The notes below the pieces were generated by a model, which had not been told where the DNA came from, made no database searches, and saw only the letters and a program-made list of their open reading frames with translations. A stretch of DNA of 62,905 nt, counting the filler, from Octopus bimaculoides (taxonomy: Eukaryota), in the NCBI RefSeq assembly GCF_001194135.2. It is 4 parts of 4 records of this genome, joined end to end, with 100 filler letters (N's around TTAATTAATTAA, not from the genome) between each part and the next. Parts side by side here need not be neighbours in the genome. Positions count along the whole stretch, not along the records: positions 1 to 14,305 come from NC_068994.1; positions 14,406 to 26,133 come from NC_068986.1; 2 more parts are not named here. One strand, 5' to 3'. This document shows positions 10,939 through 24,217 of this stretch, one piece after another (position 1 is the stretch's first letter; every line of letters begins with the position of its first letter). The position numbers were made by a program, and so were the translations under genes.

Positions 10939-11438
10939 TATGTGTGTGTGTGTGTATATCTCACCTATGTTATAAATTCTTTCTAACACTTGGAAGATAC
11001 CCTTGAAGTAGTTAACAGATTCTGTAACCTAGGTAACCTAATTAGCAATAAGGATGGTTGTTCTCAAAGCATAGTAACCAGATTAAGGAATTCTGTCTTT
11101 GAATGAATGTCAGAGTTTTATGATATTTGCGTACGAGGAGTGATGTTGTAGGATTACAAAGCATGGACACTGCATGTAGGAGATGTGCAGAGGATGAAAG
11201 GAAATTAAATGAGTAAGTTGCATGTGAGTAAGAAGTTTGCATTGCAGCCGTGTAGTCTCAGGTTCAATCTCACTACATAGCACCTTGGGCAAGTGTTTTC
11301 TACAATAGTGCTGGGCCAGCCGATGTCTTGTGTGTTTGTGAGTTTATTCGGTAGAAGGAAACTGTGTGGAATCTCAATGTGTATGTGTGTGTGCTTGTAT
11401 GTGTGTTTCTATCTATCTGTCACTCTGTCTGTCTAAAC

Positions 11439-11736
11439 CAGTGGTATTGCCCCACCCCTGGGGGAGGTTGAAAGTTCCAAGGGGGCATTGAAGAAAAGTG
11501 GGGCGATTGTGGAGTAGCGATTCATGTAACATGTGAGGTGATAGTGGGTTAGCAATTCATATAAAAACAACAAAGCAATGGGTTTGTTAGATTTAGTTTT
11601 TATTTGTGAAATACACTTGCTTTGAATTTGCTTCAGAAAGGGGTCTATGTTTGTGATGTTTAGTTTGGGTGAGGGCGCTAGGAATGTGCCCTCGGTGTCA
11701 AGGGGGCAGGAGCTTGAAAGTGTTTGGGAACCACTG
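11439..11736. mobile_element. hAT (Charlie-like) MITE
   Basis: CAGTGGT...ACCACTG termini with 8-bp TSD gtctaaac/gtctaaat, fitting an NTCTARAN-type target. Confidence 0.8.
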
Positions 11737-12455
11737 GTCTAAATACTCATATATACACACACACATACAGATAGACATACACATATATATATATATGTGC
11801 ATGTCTATATGTGTGTGTGTGTGTGCTTTTGTCTCTCTGTTTCCCCACTACCACCACCATTTGACAACAGGTGTTGGTGTGTATGAACCTGCGACTTCTC
11901 AGTTTGGCAAAAGAAAACTGATAGAATAAGTACCAGGTTAAACACAAAAAAAAAAAAAATAGGTACTGGGATTGATTTGTTCAATTTAAATTCTTTAATG
12001 TGGTACCCCCTGCATGGTTGCAGTCTAATAACTAGAACAAGTAAAAGATTAAAAAAATTGAAGTAGGCTCAAAGACAGGTAGACTTTATATGTTGCAGAT
12101 ATACAAGAATATTACTACAAGCAATCATAAACTACATTCTTTCAAATGCTTGGTGTACTCCCTAGTAGTTGCTAAGGGGTTGTGTTAACTGGGTGACCTA
12201 ATTAGAAGTGAAAGTGGGTGGTCTTAAAGCGTAATTGCTGCTGGGTGGAAAAAGTTATCTCTGCAAGCAGAAAATGGTTTTTCTCTTAGAGGGTGTAGTA
12301 GATTGTGCAAATGCTGGAAAGAAATGAAGTGATCAAGTTCCACATGGTTATGTAGTTTGCTTTGTAACCATGTGGTTTTGGGTTCTGTTCCATTGCACTG
12401 CACTTTGCGAGTCGATTTGGGAGACAGAAACTGAAAGATGCCCATTGTGTACATG

Positions 12456-12500
<45 letters not shown>

Positions 12501-14051
12501 ATACAAAGGATATATAAGCGTGTATACACACATATATGTACATACTTGCATCTACATGTGTATATAGATGCATATTTGGATACAGGACGTTAGAAAAATG
12601 AACTACAGACAACGGAACGAATACATAGGAAAACAAATAGCCACTTGGAATTATTCCTTCATCAGCTGCCTCTATTCTAAACTCGGCGTTTGGGAAGCGA
12701 ACTTCTTACCACACAGGCTTTTGCATAGCTTTTGTCTACCAAATTCGACTCATGAAATATTGGTCAAACCAAGGCTGTAGTAGCAGGTACTTGCCAAAGG
12801 TTCTTGGTTGAACCTAAATCTATGCTGTTGTTAAGGGAGCTACTTAACCACATGGCTACGTCTGTGCCAGCAAACAAATATTTATGTAAACAATATATCT
12901 TAATATACATGTTATTCAATATATACCACAGGATGGGATGGTTTTATTTCTGATATCTGTTTTATATAACATAAACCAGTGCTAGCGGAAAACTAATGTA
13001 TATTCAAAATTAACACCACATAGATATAAATAACACGTTTATCGTGTTTGATATCATGTTCAGTAGAATGATGTTATCTTTAACCCTTTCATAAATAGAA
13101 GACACACACATGCAGACATACACAGATACACAAACACACAGATACATTTATATATATGTGTGTGTGTGTAGATATATATGGCATATATATACATGAACGT
13201 ATATGTGTATATATATATATATGTATATATATGTGTGTATGTATATGTGTGTGTGTATATATATATATGTATGTGTATGTGTGTGTGTATATATATATAT
13301 ATTTATATATGCATATAGATAACTATATATGTAAATATATATACATACATTATATATACATATATGTATACTCATGAGTATATGTATATATATATATATA
13401 TATACACACACACATGTATGTATGTGTGTTTGTTTATGTGCTTGTAGGTAGGTAGGTAGGAAGGTAGGTAGGTAGGTAGGTAAGTGGGTGTGTATATTTA
13501 TATTTCTTTTTCTGTACAAGATGTACAAAAGTAGTTTAGTAGCAAGGGCAACTATAATATGGAGATCACAGACATTTTTTTTCTTCTCTTCTGAAGTAAC
13601 TGATTCATGCACTGGAACTAGCATGTGCATTCTTCTACCTGGTGCCAGATGAGGTTTCTCTCAACGCATAACAGCAAAGTTGCACATGTTTGAAGAAATT
13701 CAGTGGACTATTGCCACTGTTGATAGCAATATGTTAGTCAAGCCATAAAAACATGAAAATGACAGACTGCATGAGGAATGTGTAAGAATCTCTTATATTA
13801 CTAATAACTATGGAATATGAGAGATGAGCTGCTTATGAGGAAGGTTTTCTAGAAGAGAAAGCTGTGCATAAATGAGATGAGAAGACTGCTGAGCATTATA
13901 AGAATTGACTGTTGTGTGCAGGAGGAAGAAGTGCATCTCTGTGGATATGTGGGGGTTCATAATCCCCTTTGTATGACAGTACAGGCAAATCATGGGCATG
14001 GAGATTATTTGTAATACCATGTGGTCATGTCAGGTCTATACTCTCTCTCTC

Positions 14052-14262
14052 TTTTTTACTCTTTTACTTGTTTCAGTCATTTGACTGCGGCCATGCTGGA
14101 GCACTGCCTTTGTAGTCGAGAAAATCGACCCCAGGACTTATTCTTTGTAAGCCTAGTACTTATTCTATCGGTCTCTTTTTGCCGAACCTATAAGTTACGG
14201 GGACGTAAACACACCAGCATCGGTTGTCAAGCGATGTTGGGGGGACAAACACAGACACACAA

Positions 14263-14305
<43 letters not shown>

Positions 14306-14540
14306 NNNNNNNNNNNNNNNNNNNNNNNNNNNNNNNNNNNNNNNNNNNNTTAATTAATTAANNNNNNNNNNNNNNNNNNNNNNNNNNNNNNNNNNNNNNN
14401 NNNNNTACCAAATCCACTCACAAGGCTTTGGTCGGCCCGAGGCTATAGTAGAAGACACTTGCCCAAGGTGCCACGCAGTGGGAATGAACCTGGAACCATG
14501 TGGTTGGTAAGCAAGCTACTTACCACACAGCCACTCCTAT
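14052..14540 (-). mobile_element. Major SINE interrupted by an assembly linker at its central (TA)n
   Basis: The left and right halves are colinear with intact copies across the N/linker block. Confidence 0.85.
14350..14361. other. Artificial scaffolding linker TTAATTAATTAA within an N block of about 100 bp
   Basis: The identical N-flanked 12-mer recurs at 26178-26189 and 39078-39089; it puts stops in all six frames. Confidence 0.95.
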
Positions 14541-15000
14541 CATCATCATCATCATCATCGTTTAACATCCGTTTTCCATGTTGGCATGGGTTGAATGGTT
14601 TGACTGGGGACTGGCAAGCCAGGAGGTTGCACCAGGCTCCAATCTGATCTCGCAATGTTTCTACAGCTGGATGCCCTTCCTAATGCCAGCCACTCTGAGA
14701 GTGTAGTGGGTGTTTTTTACATGCCACCAGCACGGGAGCCAGTCAGGCGGCACTGGCATCAGCCACGTTCGGATGGTGCTTTTTACATGCCACCGGCACA
14801 GGGAGCCAGTCAGGCAGCACTGGCAATGACCCACGCATGAATGGTGCTTATTGTGTGCCACCAGCATGGGAGCCAGTCAGGTGGCATTGGCATTGGCCAC
14901 AACTGCAATTTCCATTTTTGATTTTGATTTAGTTGAGATTCTGATTGTGATTTTGATTTTAGATTTTACTTGACTCAATAGGTCTTCTCAACGTGTTGCT
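14540..15000 (-). mobile_element. (GAT)n-tailed SINE-like element with about three internal ~66-bp tandem units (14705-14900)
   Basis: The unit gtgctttttacatgccaccggcacgggagccagtcaggcggcactggc is repeated three times with divergence. Confidence 0.75.
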
Positions 15001-15056
15001 TGATGTTCCAAAGTATTGATAAAATAGGAGATGGAATGTGTAATAGATTTTATTTG

Positions 15057-15098
15057 GTACAACATATGTTTCGATCTGTTTTGGGTCTCTTCAGGAAC
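15057..15098 (-). ncRNA. Minimal hammerhead motif with intact core and degenerate stems (PLE pLTR remnant)
   Basis: Minus strand reads GUUC-CUGAAGA-GACC(CAAAACA)GAUC-GAAA-CAUAUG-UU-GUAC. Stem III is the palindrome ACAUAUGU; stems I and II each carry one mismatch. Confidence 0.55.
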
Positions 15099-16549
15099 AT
15101 TAATAAAAAGTTTCACTAGAAATTTCTTGAGTCGGCTTATGTACTGCTATATGGCCATCAAATTCAAGAATAAGTAAAATCAGATAAAAATTATTCAAAT
15201 GCAAAAAATTCAAATATAAATGTGGAAAGTAGTTTAGAGAAAATGATGTAGTTTAGAGAAAGAAAAGGAAGTAGAAGTTGAAAGGAAGATAATACTTAGA
15301 CGAAAATTATTTTCGTGTTCATGCTTAGACACATATATACATACACAGAGATATGCATATACATGCATATACATAGCAATTAAATGGTGTGAGATAAAGG
15401 ATTAAGAATTAAACCTAAAATTAAAAATTAAAAATTTCAAACTAAGAAGGCTAAAATCTAAAAAAATTATAAAAATTAGCAGTTCAGCAAATAGAATTCA
15501 ATAGAATAAGTAGCAGGCTTTAAAAAGCAAAAGCTAAGTACTCATGCCAATACATTCGACTAAAAATTCTTCAAGGCAGTGCTCCAATATGGTCGCAGTC
15601 AAATGACTGAAATAAGTAAAAGAAGAAAAGAATAAAAAGAATCATATAAGCTGTAGGCCTAAAATATTAGAAGAAAGGAGTTATCAATTACATTAACTCC
15701 CTACTAAGTACTTGACTGGTACTTCTTTTTATCTAAACTGGATGGATGAAAGGCAAAGTTGAACTTGGTAAGATTTGGACTCAGAATGTAATTAGCAACC
15801 TGATCCCAGTGCATGATAGGTATTTTATTTTATCAGCTTCAGAAAGGTAAAGTTAACTTTGAACTCATAACATAAAGGCCTACGACAAATACAACTAGGT
15901 ATTCTGATTAAGACCCTTATGATTATACGAATTCATCACCATCCTTGTAATGATAATTCTTTCTACTATATGTACAGGGTTTGAAATTTGGTGGGAAGTC
16001 TAATAGATAACATTAATCCCAGCACTCAATTGGTATTTATTTTATTGACTCCGAAAAAGATGAAAGGCAAAGTCAGCTTCAGTGGAATTTGAACTCAGAA
16101 TGTAAAGCCAGAAGAAATGCCATGGAACATTTTGTCCAGCATACTAACGATTCTGCTATGATGATAATAACTAGGAGGGTTTATTTATAATAATAACGAT
16201 TTCTTATATAGGCAAAAAGCCAGAATTGTTTTAAGTGGGTTGAGGAAGATGGAGTGACAGTCAATTATATTAATTCCAGTTCTTGACTTGCATGACCCTA
16301 CACTGAAAAATATCTATTGCAATCAATAAAATAAGATTGAAGGAAATACAAAAAACAATTAATGAAAATGTTGGAGGTTATCTGTGTAAGTTACTTTTTA
16401 TTTAAATTTTATTGCTCTTCACCAATATATTTCTCTCTCTTTTTTGCTCCTTGTTTCTCTCACCTTTTTTGCCATTCCATTTCTCTCTCCTTTTTTGTCA
16501 CCCTATTTCTCTCTCACTGACTGTCCACTACATGTAACCACACAAAGAA

Positions 16550-18400
16550 CAAGTCAAATCAATAAGACATGAATTCAGCTCAAAACAAAGAATGGCAAAC
16601 AATACAAGTGTAAACCATTTCATTTGGGCCCCAGATTAGTTAGATGGTAAATGTGTTGTTTGAATTTGATACCTGGAAGAAAGAAAGAATGTTGTGTTAG
16701 AATAAATACACCAGTAAAATATCATAAAATGATGACAATCTAAATAACAGCTGAACTTAATTTCTCAAATCCCTCATATCAAATAGAAAAATCATAAATG
16801 CTTTTTTCTATTTCATACACAAGAGTAATACATTTCCATACCACATACATGTTTTACAGCCTTACTGAATCCACAAAATGAGAATAATATCTGGAATAAA
16901 ACAATAAATGAACATCATCTTAAAATAATTTAAATTCCTAACATGCTTGCAAATTTAAGGATATATATTGTTAAAACCTTGGAAATATGTCAGAGATAGA
17001 TATTTTGGTACACAGCCAGCAATTTTAGGGAGGGAATAAATCGATTAAACTGGCACCAGTGCTCAACTGGGACTTGTTTTATCGACCTCAAGAGTATGAA
17101 AGGCAATGTCGATCTTGACGGAATTTGAACTCATAATGTAAAGCCAAACAAAAAGAAAAGCATTTTGTCTGACCTGGCTAATGATTATACCAGCTTACCA
17201 CCCTTAAAAAAAAAGAAGACAAGAAAAGAAAAAATAAATGAAATAAACAACAATCACGCAAATAAAAAAAATTTAAAAATGCAAACTATTAATATTTAAT
17301 AATATAAATCCTGAAGATAGACATACCAGAAAAAAACAACAACAAATTCAAACCCCAAATTGTCTATGAGCTGAACCAACAAAAATTCTACAAATAAATA
17401 TGATAAAAATCTCAATGAAGAAGGTGCTACAGCTGGAAGTTTTTAATTTAATGATGATTCAAAGGTAGAAATCATGAAAGAATTAACATTGACAGAGCTT
17501 CATATATACCAATTAATGATAAAATAATTACAACAATTTAACCCCCTTCCACAAAATCGAACATCATAAAATCACTGATATTAGACTCAAACATCAATAT
17601 TGCTGGGATGAATAAATTGATCTGAGCAGTAGCTAGAAAAATCACAAAGGTAAGTGGGTACTTTCTCTATCTCTTTCACATAGGATCCTCTAGACCAGTG
17701 GTTCCCAACCTGTGGTCTTCAGACCCTTGGTGGTCCACAAAGGTAGTACTGGGGGTCCATGAAGACCCCCAGTACAACAGACCTTTCAATATCCTGGGGT
17801 CTGTGGGAAAACTCATTTAAATAAAAGGGGTCCTTAGTAGTGAGAAGGTTGGGAACCCTAGAGTCTAGAGTCAGGGAAACATGAAAAACAAATAAGATAA
17901 AGGGACAGATAAAATTAAAAAGAGAAAATTTCTCAAATTGAAATAAACAACAAAGACAAATAATTAGAGAGGGGGAGAGAGAGAAAGAGTGAGGGGGGGG
18001 GGAGAGAGATTCAAATTCAACATGACAAACAGTAGACTTACCTGAAATAAGAACCAAAAAATACGTATCTTCATGTAAAAGGGCAACACTTCTTTCAACA
18101 TAAACAATTTCTAAATCAAAACAATTTTACCAAGAACCAAGAAATAAGAAGTAAAAATAAACAAATACAGAATCAACACCAAAGGAATTAGATTTGAGAG
18201 AGTCGTTTACAGAACAAATGGATAACTACTATCAAGAATGTTCCAAACCAAACACAGCAATAGAACAATTGTGTGAGGAACTCTCAATACAAAAGCATCC
18301 CAACTATTTTGAAAGAATTGAAAAGTACTTGAAAACGATTGAGTGCCAAACTTTGGGTTAGAATATTTAATCTAAGTGTTTATAATATTCAGTGATATAT
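16550..18400 (+). mobile_element. Heavily decayed probable PLE RT/EN remnant interrupted by SINE and MITE insertions
   Basis: Only scattered motifs, such as PPSTKSNIIKSL (about 17540-17575), resemble the PLE RT C-terminal region; many stops. Confidence 0.35.
17696..17861. mobile_element. hAT (Charlie-like) MITE
   Basis: Termini cagtggttcccaacct and aggttgggaacc; flanks ctctagac and gtctagag fit an NTCTAGAN target. Confidence 0.75.
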
Positions 18401-19729
18401 TATAGGAGTTAGAAACAACACCACAATGATTCCCTGAGTAAAGCAAATCTTCAGAACAACTGACCTATACCTTTCTTGGCTACAATGCACAAAACCTCAA
18501 CAGCAATATTATCACAAAGTATAAGTAATGCTCACCAGGAAAAAGCAACACACTTCCAGAATAGCAGGAGGAATGCTAAAAAAGTTTGAGTGGATGTGAA
18601 AACAAATCACTGATCAATATAGTTATAAGTGAAGAATGTTGTAAATGAAAGTGTGATATGAGCATTCTAAATGCATAAAGCTTTGTGAGAGTGTCCCTCA
18701 CTCATGATTTCATGAAACATTAAATGTCTAATGTTTCATGAATAGCTAACAGGTATATGAAACATGTTATGCAGACTCAAAAATAACAACAAAAAATGAT
18801 GATGTAATTAAAATAAAACCCCTACTGATCAGAAGAGAAATATTCTAAGAGGTTTCCCACCTTCCACAAATTTTCTACTTGGTGCTAATACCATTAATCA
18901 AAATATAAAAGTAGGCTGGATGCAAATACAAGCACTTTTGCATAAAGGTGACTTCAAGTTGTTTGTTTGAAATGACAAAGACCAGGAAACACTATTATAC
19001 ACATAGCATGGATTCAGAGGGGAAATTGATGTGAAATTCGATTTAGAAAATTGCAAAGATGCAACTTCAAAGAAAGAAAAAAGTAATTAAAACTACAGAT
19101 AAAGAAACAGAGATTAAAGAACTAGACCTATAAATACTTTGGAATAAAAGAAATAGAGTACACCAAACACTAATCAAAGAAATTAGATTACTAATCAAAA
19201 CTATGTTAAATGTTAAAAATGATGTTGTAGATATCAATACTCCAACTGTTCCTTCCACCAACACTTCATTAACATAATATTAGTTTCAAATTTTGGCACG
19301 AGAGTAGCAAGTTTGGTAGGAAGGTAAGTTAATTACATTGACCCCAAAATGATGAAAAGCAAAGTCTTCCTCAGCAGAATTTGAACTCAGTACATAAAGG
19401 TGGACAGAAACCACTAAGCCTTTTGTCCAGTATGCTACCAATTCTGCCAGCTCGCTACCTTTCATTGACATAATATTCCTTACTGAAAATTAAATGAAAT
19501 ATCAACTCAGAAAAAACTTTTAATTACCACACATACACAAAATATATTATGATTTTTGACAATCCTGTCTTTTCCTTTATATAAACCTACATCACCCAAT
19601 ATATCCATTTTTTAGACAGTTGTGGTTTAAGGCAGATTTGGTTGAAATTTATAGCAGATTTATTGATCAAGTAGAAACTTCCTCTTTAGCTTGTGGTTAG
19701 AAGATATTGTAAATATTTCCACCTGCCTG

Positions 19730-22690
19730 CAGATCCAGGTTCAAAGCTTTTGGGGGTTCAAGGCACTTCAAGTTCAGTAGGCCTCTTATACACAGAAGTT
19801 AAAATCCATGAAAATCAAATTTACATCTCAAAACCTGCCTATTGCATGACACTGAAATTGACTAATTAGCACACAGAAAGTTTAAATGTGTCTGTCAATG
19901 CAAAATTTTGTCATCTAAACTAAATATAGCAAGTTTTACCAACTTAACACAACATACTACTACAATACATACAAAAAAAGTTTTCTACACTTGGTATCAA
20001 GAAAAATCTTTTATGATTTCCTTGAACTTTTTCATCTTTAGAACACAGGGTACTTAGGTTTTCACACTTCGTTGTTGTTCTCAGATAATTCTTCATCAGC
20101 CCCAATTTACTGATTGCCTCTCTCCTGAATAACTAGAGACCATGAAGCTCAAATATATTTTAAGAGCTATGTCAACAATTGGAAAGGTTTCAGCAACCCT
20201 TCTTTTATGGATTAAAAGTGCCTGCTGGTATGACCTGACCTTAAAAATGCCAGTTGATTATGACCTGACCTTACAAAAGGCTGTAAACTACAGCTTTTTC
20301 TATGAACACATTACTAAAATCACAGGGGAAAGTAGTAACAAGTTTCTCTGTTTCTATTCTTATCTCTGCATCAAGTAAATTTCATAATTTCCCTATAACT
20401 TTGAACTTGTCATACACTGATTGATAGGCTATCCTCTGTTTTTATAAGGTAATAAGCAACTAATCTAAAATAACATTGAAAGTCCTACATCTAAATTTTT
20501 CTCTTGCAGAAAGGACAACTTCGGAAGAAGTTGTTGCAAGATTTGCATCATGTTTGATTCTCTTCTTTAGTCTAATTTTTGTTGCTTTATCATCTGTTTC
20601 CACACATGTTCCTGGCATCCAGTTCTAACTATTCATACTTCTGATGTGATTTCTGACAGTTTTCCAAGGATTCACAACTTTATTCCGATTAACGTCAACT
20701 CTTTAAAAAAAATTATTTTTACTGTTAAGCCATACAAGAATTAAATTCCAAATCTTAGCAATTACAGCAGTTTCAAGACAGTCCATTTTGTCTACCAATG
20801 TCTGAGCTTCATACCTTGCTTCAGGTGTTTGTTCATCTTCAATATCTCTGAGTGCATTTTGAATGCAACTATATCCATCAACAAGGGCTTCAGTAACATA
20901 TGCTCTTGCAGACCAGTGAATTTCTGATGAGAATCTCGAAGTTAGTTGTCTTTTATTTCCTTCCAAAGATTTCATTAAATTTGCCCATCTGTATATCAAT
21001 GCAGGAAAAATGTCTATACCTTTTGTATGAAGCCAAAATAACTAGCAGCTTCAACACAGCAAGATACATTAGCATGTCCAACAAGATTCAACAATTGAGC
21101 AGCAAAGGGAACAAAATTTTTTTTCTTTAGGTCTGGAATTCCTGTGTAGTGACTGGCACTGAAATAGGACTGTTCATGCAGTCTTCAAAGTTTATGCTTT
21201 ATCTTTTTAAGAATTTCTAACTCAGATGTGACTGGTGTTTCTGCTTTATGAGAACTAGTCTGCATGAAGCTTAAAAGACTTTCTATCAACTGTTCAACAT
21301 GAATGCAGTCTGGATTAAATCTTAAGAAACTGACAAATACTTGGCAGTTTTAAGTTCTGCCACAATATGATTTATATATTTGGCATTCAGTGGAACAAAT
21401 TCTTCATAGATGGTACTGATATGTATCACTGCCTACTACTTCTGGGATTGTCAAATGTCTTCCTTAGAAATGGATCAAATTGTGCAATAAGCTCAGTAAT
21501 TCTGCAAAATTCCTATTGTGCTTAGATCCTATGATCTCTTTACTACCCCTAAATGCTAGGCCTCTCTCAGTTAGAAATATTGTCACAGCCACAACATAGT
21601 GCAATATTTCAGTGCGATATTTCTTGTTTTTCCAACCTCCTATTAATATGAATACATTCCTTGCATGAAATATTGAACTGTCACACCTCTGTGGTTTTGT
21701 TTTTGAGACTATTTTCTCTTTGCTTTTATTCAGATTATATTTTCACACAGAATAACCAGTATATCACAAACTATTCAGCTGTCAACAAAATATTTCCAAT
21801 AAAAGAAGTGAAAAAAATGCTACTGCATTGGCGAAGACACAAACCCTTGCAGAATTTTTCTTTACTTTGCAAAAGGGAAACTTAGTACCTAATGAAGAAT
21901 CAGTAACAGATGTCCCTTTCGAGAAACTGACTTCACTCCTAAGTGCGTTCATCTGTTTTCATTTTTTCTTCTGTTTTTTATCCAGTCATTAAAGCCATCC
22001 TTGTTGGAAAACTTGTCATGGCAGCTTGACATTAAAGTACAGTGATAGCAATAAACTTCACTTTTTGATGGACTGTACAGGATCCATTTTCTGAAAAGCT
22101 GCTCACAATTGTTACAAATAACACAAAACAATAAGTTTTTGAAATAATGACAGTACCCATCTAGTTTGCCTTTACTTTCTTTATATAATGGTGTTAAGAT
22201 TCTGTGTTCTGAAAGAACATGAACATATACTTTTCTCTAGCAGAAAACTACCAGCTTAGTCTTGACCCCAGGATGGCACTTTGCTGTCCATGTCAGTAGG
22301 ATGCAGTGATTCTTCATTTTAAATATCTTGAGTTGGTATTTTCCTCCTATTTTTTGCAGATGCACTTAGGAGTGAAGTCAGTTTCTCGAAAGGGACATCT
22401 GTTACTGATTCTTCATTAGGTACTAAGTTTCCCTTTTGCAAAGTAAAGAAAAATTCTGCAAGGGTTTGTGTCTTTGCCAATGCAGTAGCATTTTTTTCAC
22501 TTCTTTTATTGGAAATATTTTGTTGACAGCTGAATAGTTTGTGATATACTGGTTATTCTGTGTGAAAATATAATCTGAATAAAAGCAAAGAGAAAATAGT
22601 CTCAAAAACAAAACAGGAACTGACAACAGTCGTGTAAACTCACTTCGTTTAATTTTGCTTCAGGCATACAAAACCAGACAATTTACACAT
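19730..22690 (-). mobile_element. Decayed hAT (Tip100/ZMYM1-like) transposon; transposase pseudogene at about 20330-22500
   Basis: TTF-zinc-finger-like RKWILYSPSKSEVYCYHC...GFNDW, a DUF4371-like FLTERGLAFRG segment, and HWSARAYVTEALVDGYSCIQNAL; many stops. Element ends are approximate. Confidence 0.8.
21694..22614. repeat. Near-perfect inverted duplication: 253-bp arms (21694-21946 / 22362-22614), 415-bp spacer
   Basis: The arms are reverse complements, with one substitution noticed (ggcGaag vs ggcAaag). ORFs 21661+ and 22423- encode almost the same peptide. Confidence 0.95.
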
Positions 22691-23669
22691 ACTTCTGTTT
22701 TCCTTATATCTAGGCCAGATAAGTAGGCCTGCAGCCAAAATAAATTAAATGTTAATAGAAAAGAGTTCAAGCAATTAACAGCAAATCAAGGATTACAGAT
22801 TAAAGATTTTGTTTCAATTAAATTACTTTCTTCAAAATTATGTTTCACTTTCATGGGCTCCTGGAAATGAAGAAGCACCATAAATGATTCAGAAGAATGC
22901 ATTGTGTATTTCATTGATCCCTCTAAACTTCAACTAACCATGTAAAAATAATTCTACTTTTTCTTTTGTTAATAAAAATGGCATCTGCAGGTGTAATGGT
23001 TCAAATAATTTTGTGAGGGAAGAGGGTATTTTAGATTACAACTATGATGTATTGTTGTTGGTGACATCCCTGAATTTATTTTTATTGTTTCAACATTTTT
23101 CCAATTTGTTTTTAAATCCACCTGCTTACAAACAGGAACTTATAGTAATAGACATCTGCTTAAATAACAACTAACATCCTATAGTGATAGCTGAAAATTG
23201 GTGACCACAGACAAACTGAAAAATAAAGTTGAAGAATAGCACTGGCAAGAGTGACAGGTAGTGAATCACTATCATCAGGGAAATTATTTTGTAGACAATT
23301 TTGTGGAAAATAAGAATACCAACAAATTTGTAAGCTGACGATGGTGAAAAATATTAAAAAACAAAGGAAGAAAGAAAAAAATTAGATTTAATAGACAAAA
23401 ATTTGAACAAGTCTCCATGGTGGTGTTCCAGCATGACCACAGCTGCATGACTGAAATGAGTAAAAGAGTAAAAGTCATATTCCAAAGTTGAAAGGAAGAA
23501 AAACTGTTTTATCTGTGGAGTGATGTTATGCAAAAGAGATAATTTTATAATTAAGACAGTAAATTAAAAATTAAAATTTAGGATATTATTCTTAACTTTT
23601 CTTCACAAATATGACCAGCCTGTCAAATGATTACCAAACGAACTAAATAACGAAGTATTGAGAGTGGCA

Positions 23670-23721
<52 letters not shown>

Positions 23722-23856
23722 GTGCATGCACATGTGTGCATGCGTGTGCATGTGTGTGTGTACGTATGTGTGTGTGTGTGCTTTAAAAGAAAATACAAAA
23801 ACTTGAAATTGATGGTCATTGATCATTGTAGTGTCAAATGACTTCTATTTACTTTC

Positions 23857-24186
23857 ATCTATATCTGTCTGTATGTATGTATGCATCACTAAAACTCAAG
23901 AACTACCCAATGGATTTCCTTCAAATTTTACACATGCCTTACTTAGGGTCCATGCAGTGTCGTGGGCCAAAAACTTTTCAACTTCTTGCCTAATGCGAGC
24001 CTGGAGCAATCTCTAATCTCTCACACTGTTTCCTTATTACGTGTCAGTCAAAAGTGAAACAATAACATCTCTATTAATACTTTCACTATTATATGGTTTC
24101 AAATTCAATTGCTTTCATTATGTATCTATACATATTAAGATTCATTTCTATTGCTTTCAATATGTATTTATATACATGTTTATATG

Positions 24187-24200
<14 letters not shown>
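23857..24200 (+). mobile_element. Probable non-autonomous Helitron/Helentron-like (DINE-1/HINE-like) element
   Basis: 5' tctgtctgtatgtatg microsatellite followed by aactacccaatggatttccttcaaattttacac, resembling DINE-like subterminal blocks; ends not resolved. Confidence 0.4.

Positions 24201-24217
<17 letters not shown>

Noticed and set aside
13560-14020. Complex non-microsatellite stretch with a 70-aa ORF; possible exon or CR1 remnant
   Set aside because: No motif could be identified with confidence; multiple stops in plausible frames.
20085-20100. CUGAUGA on the minus strand
   Set aside because: No correctly placed GAAA or flanking helices.
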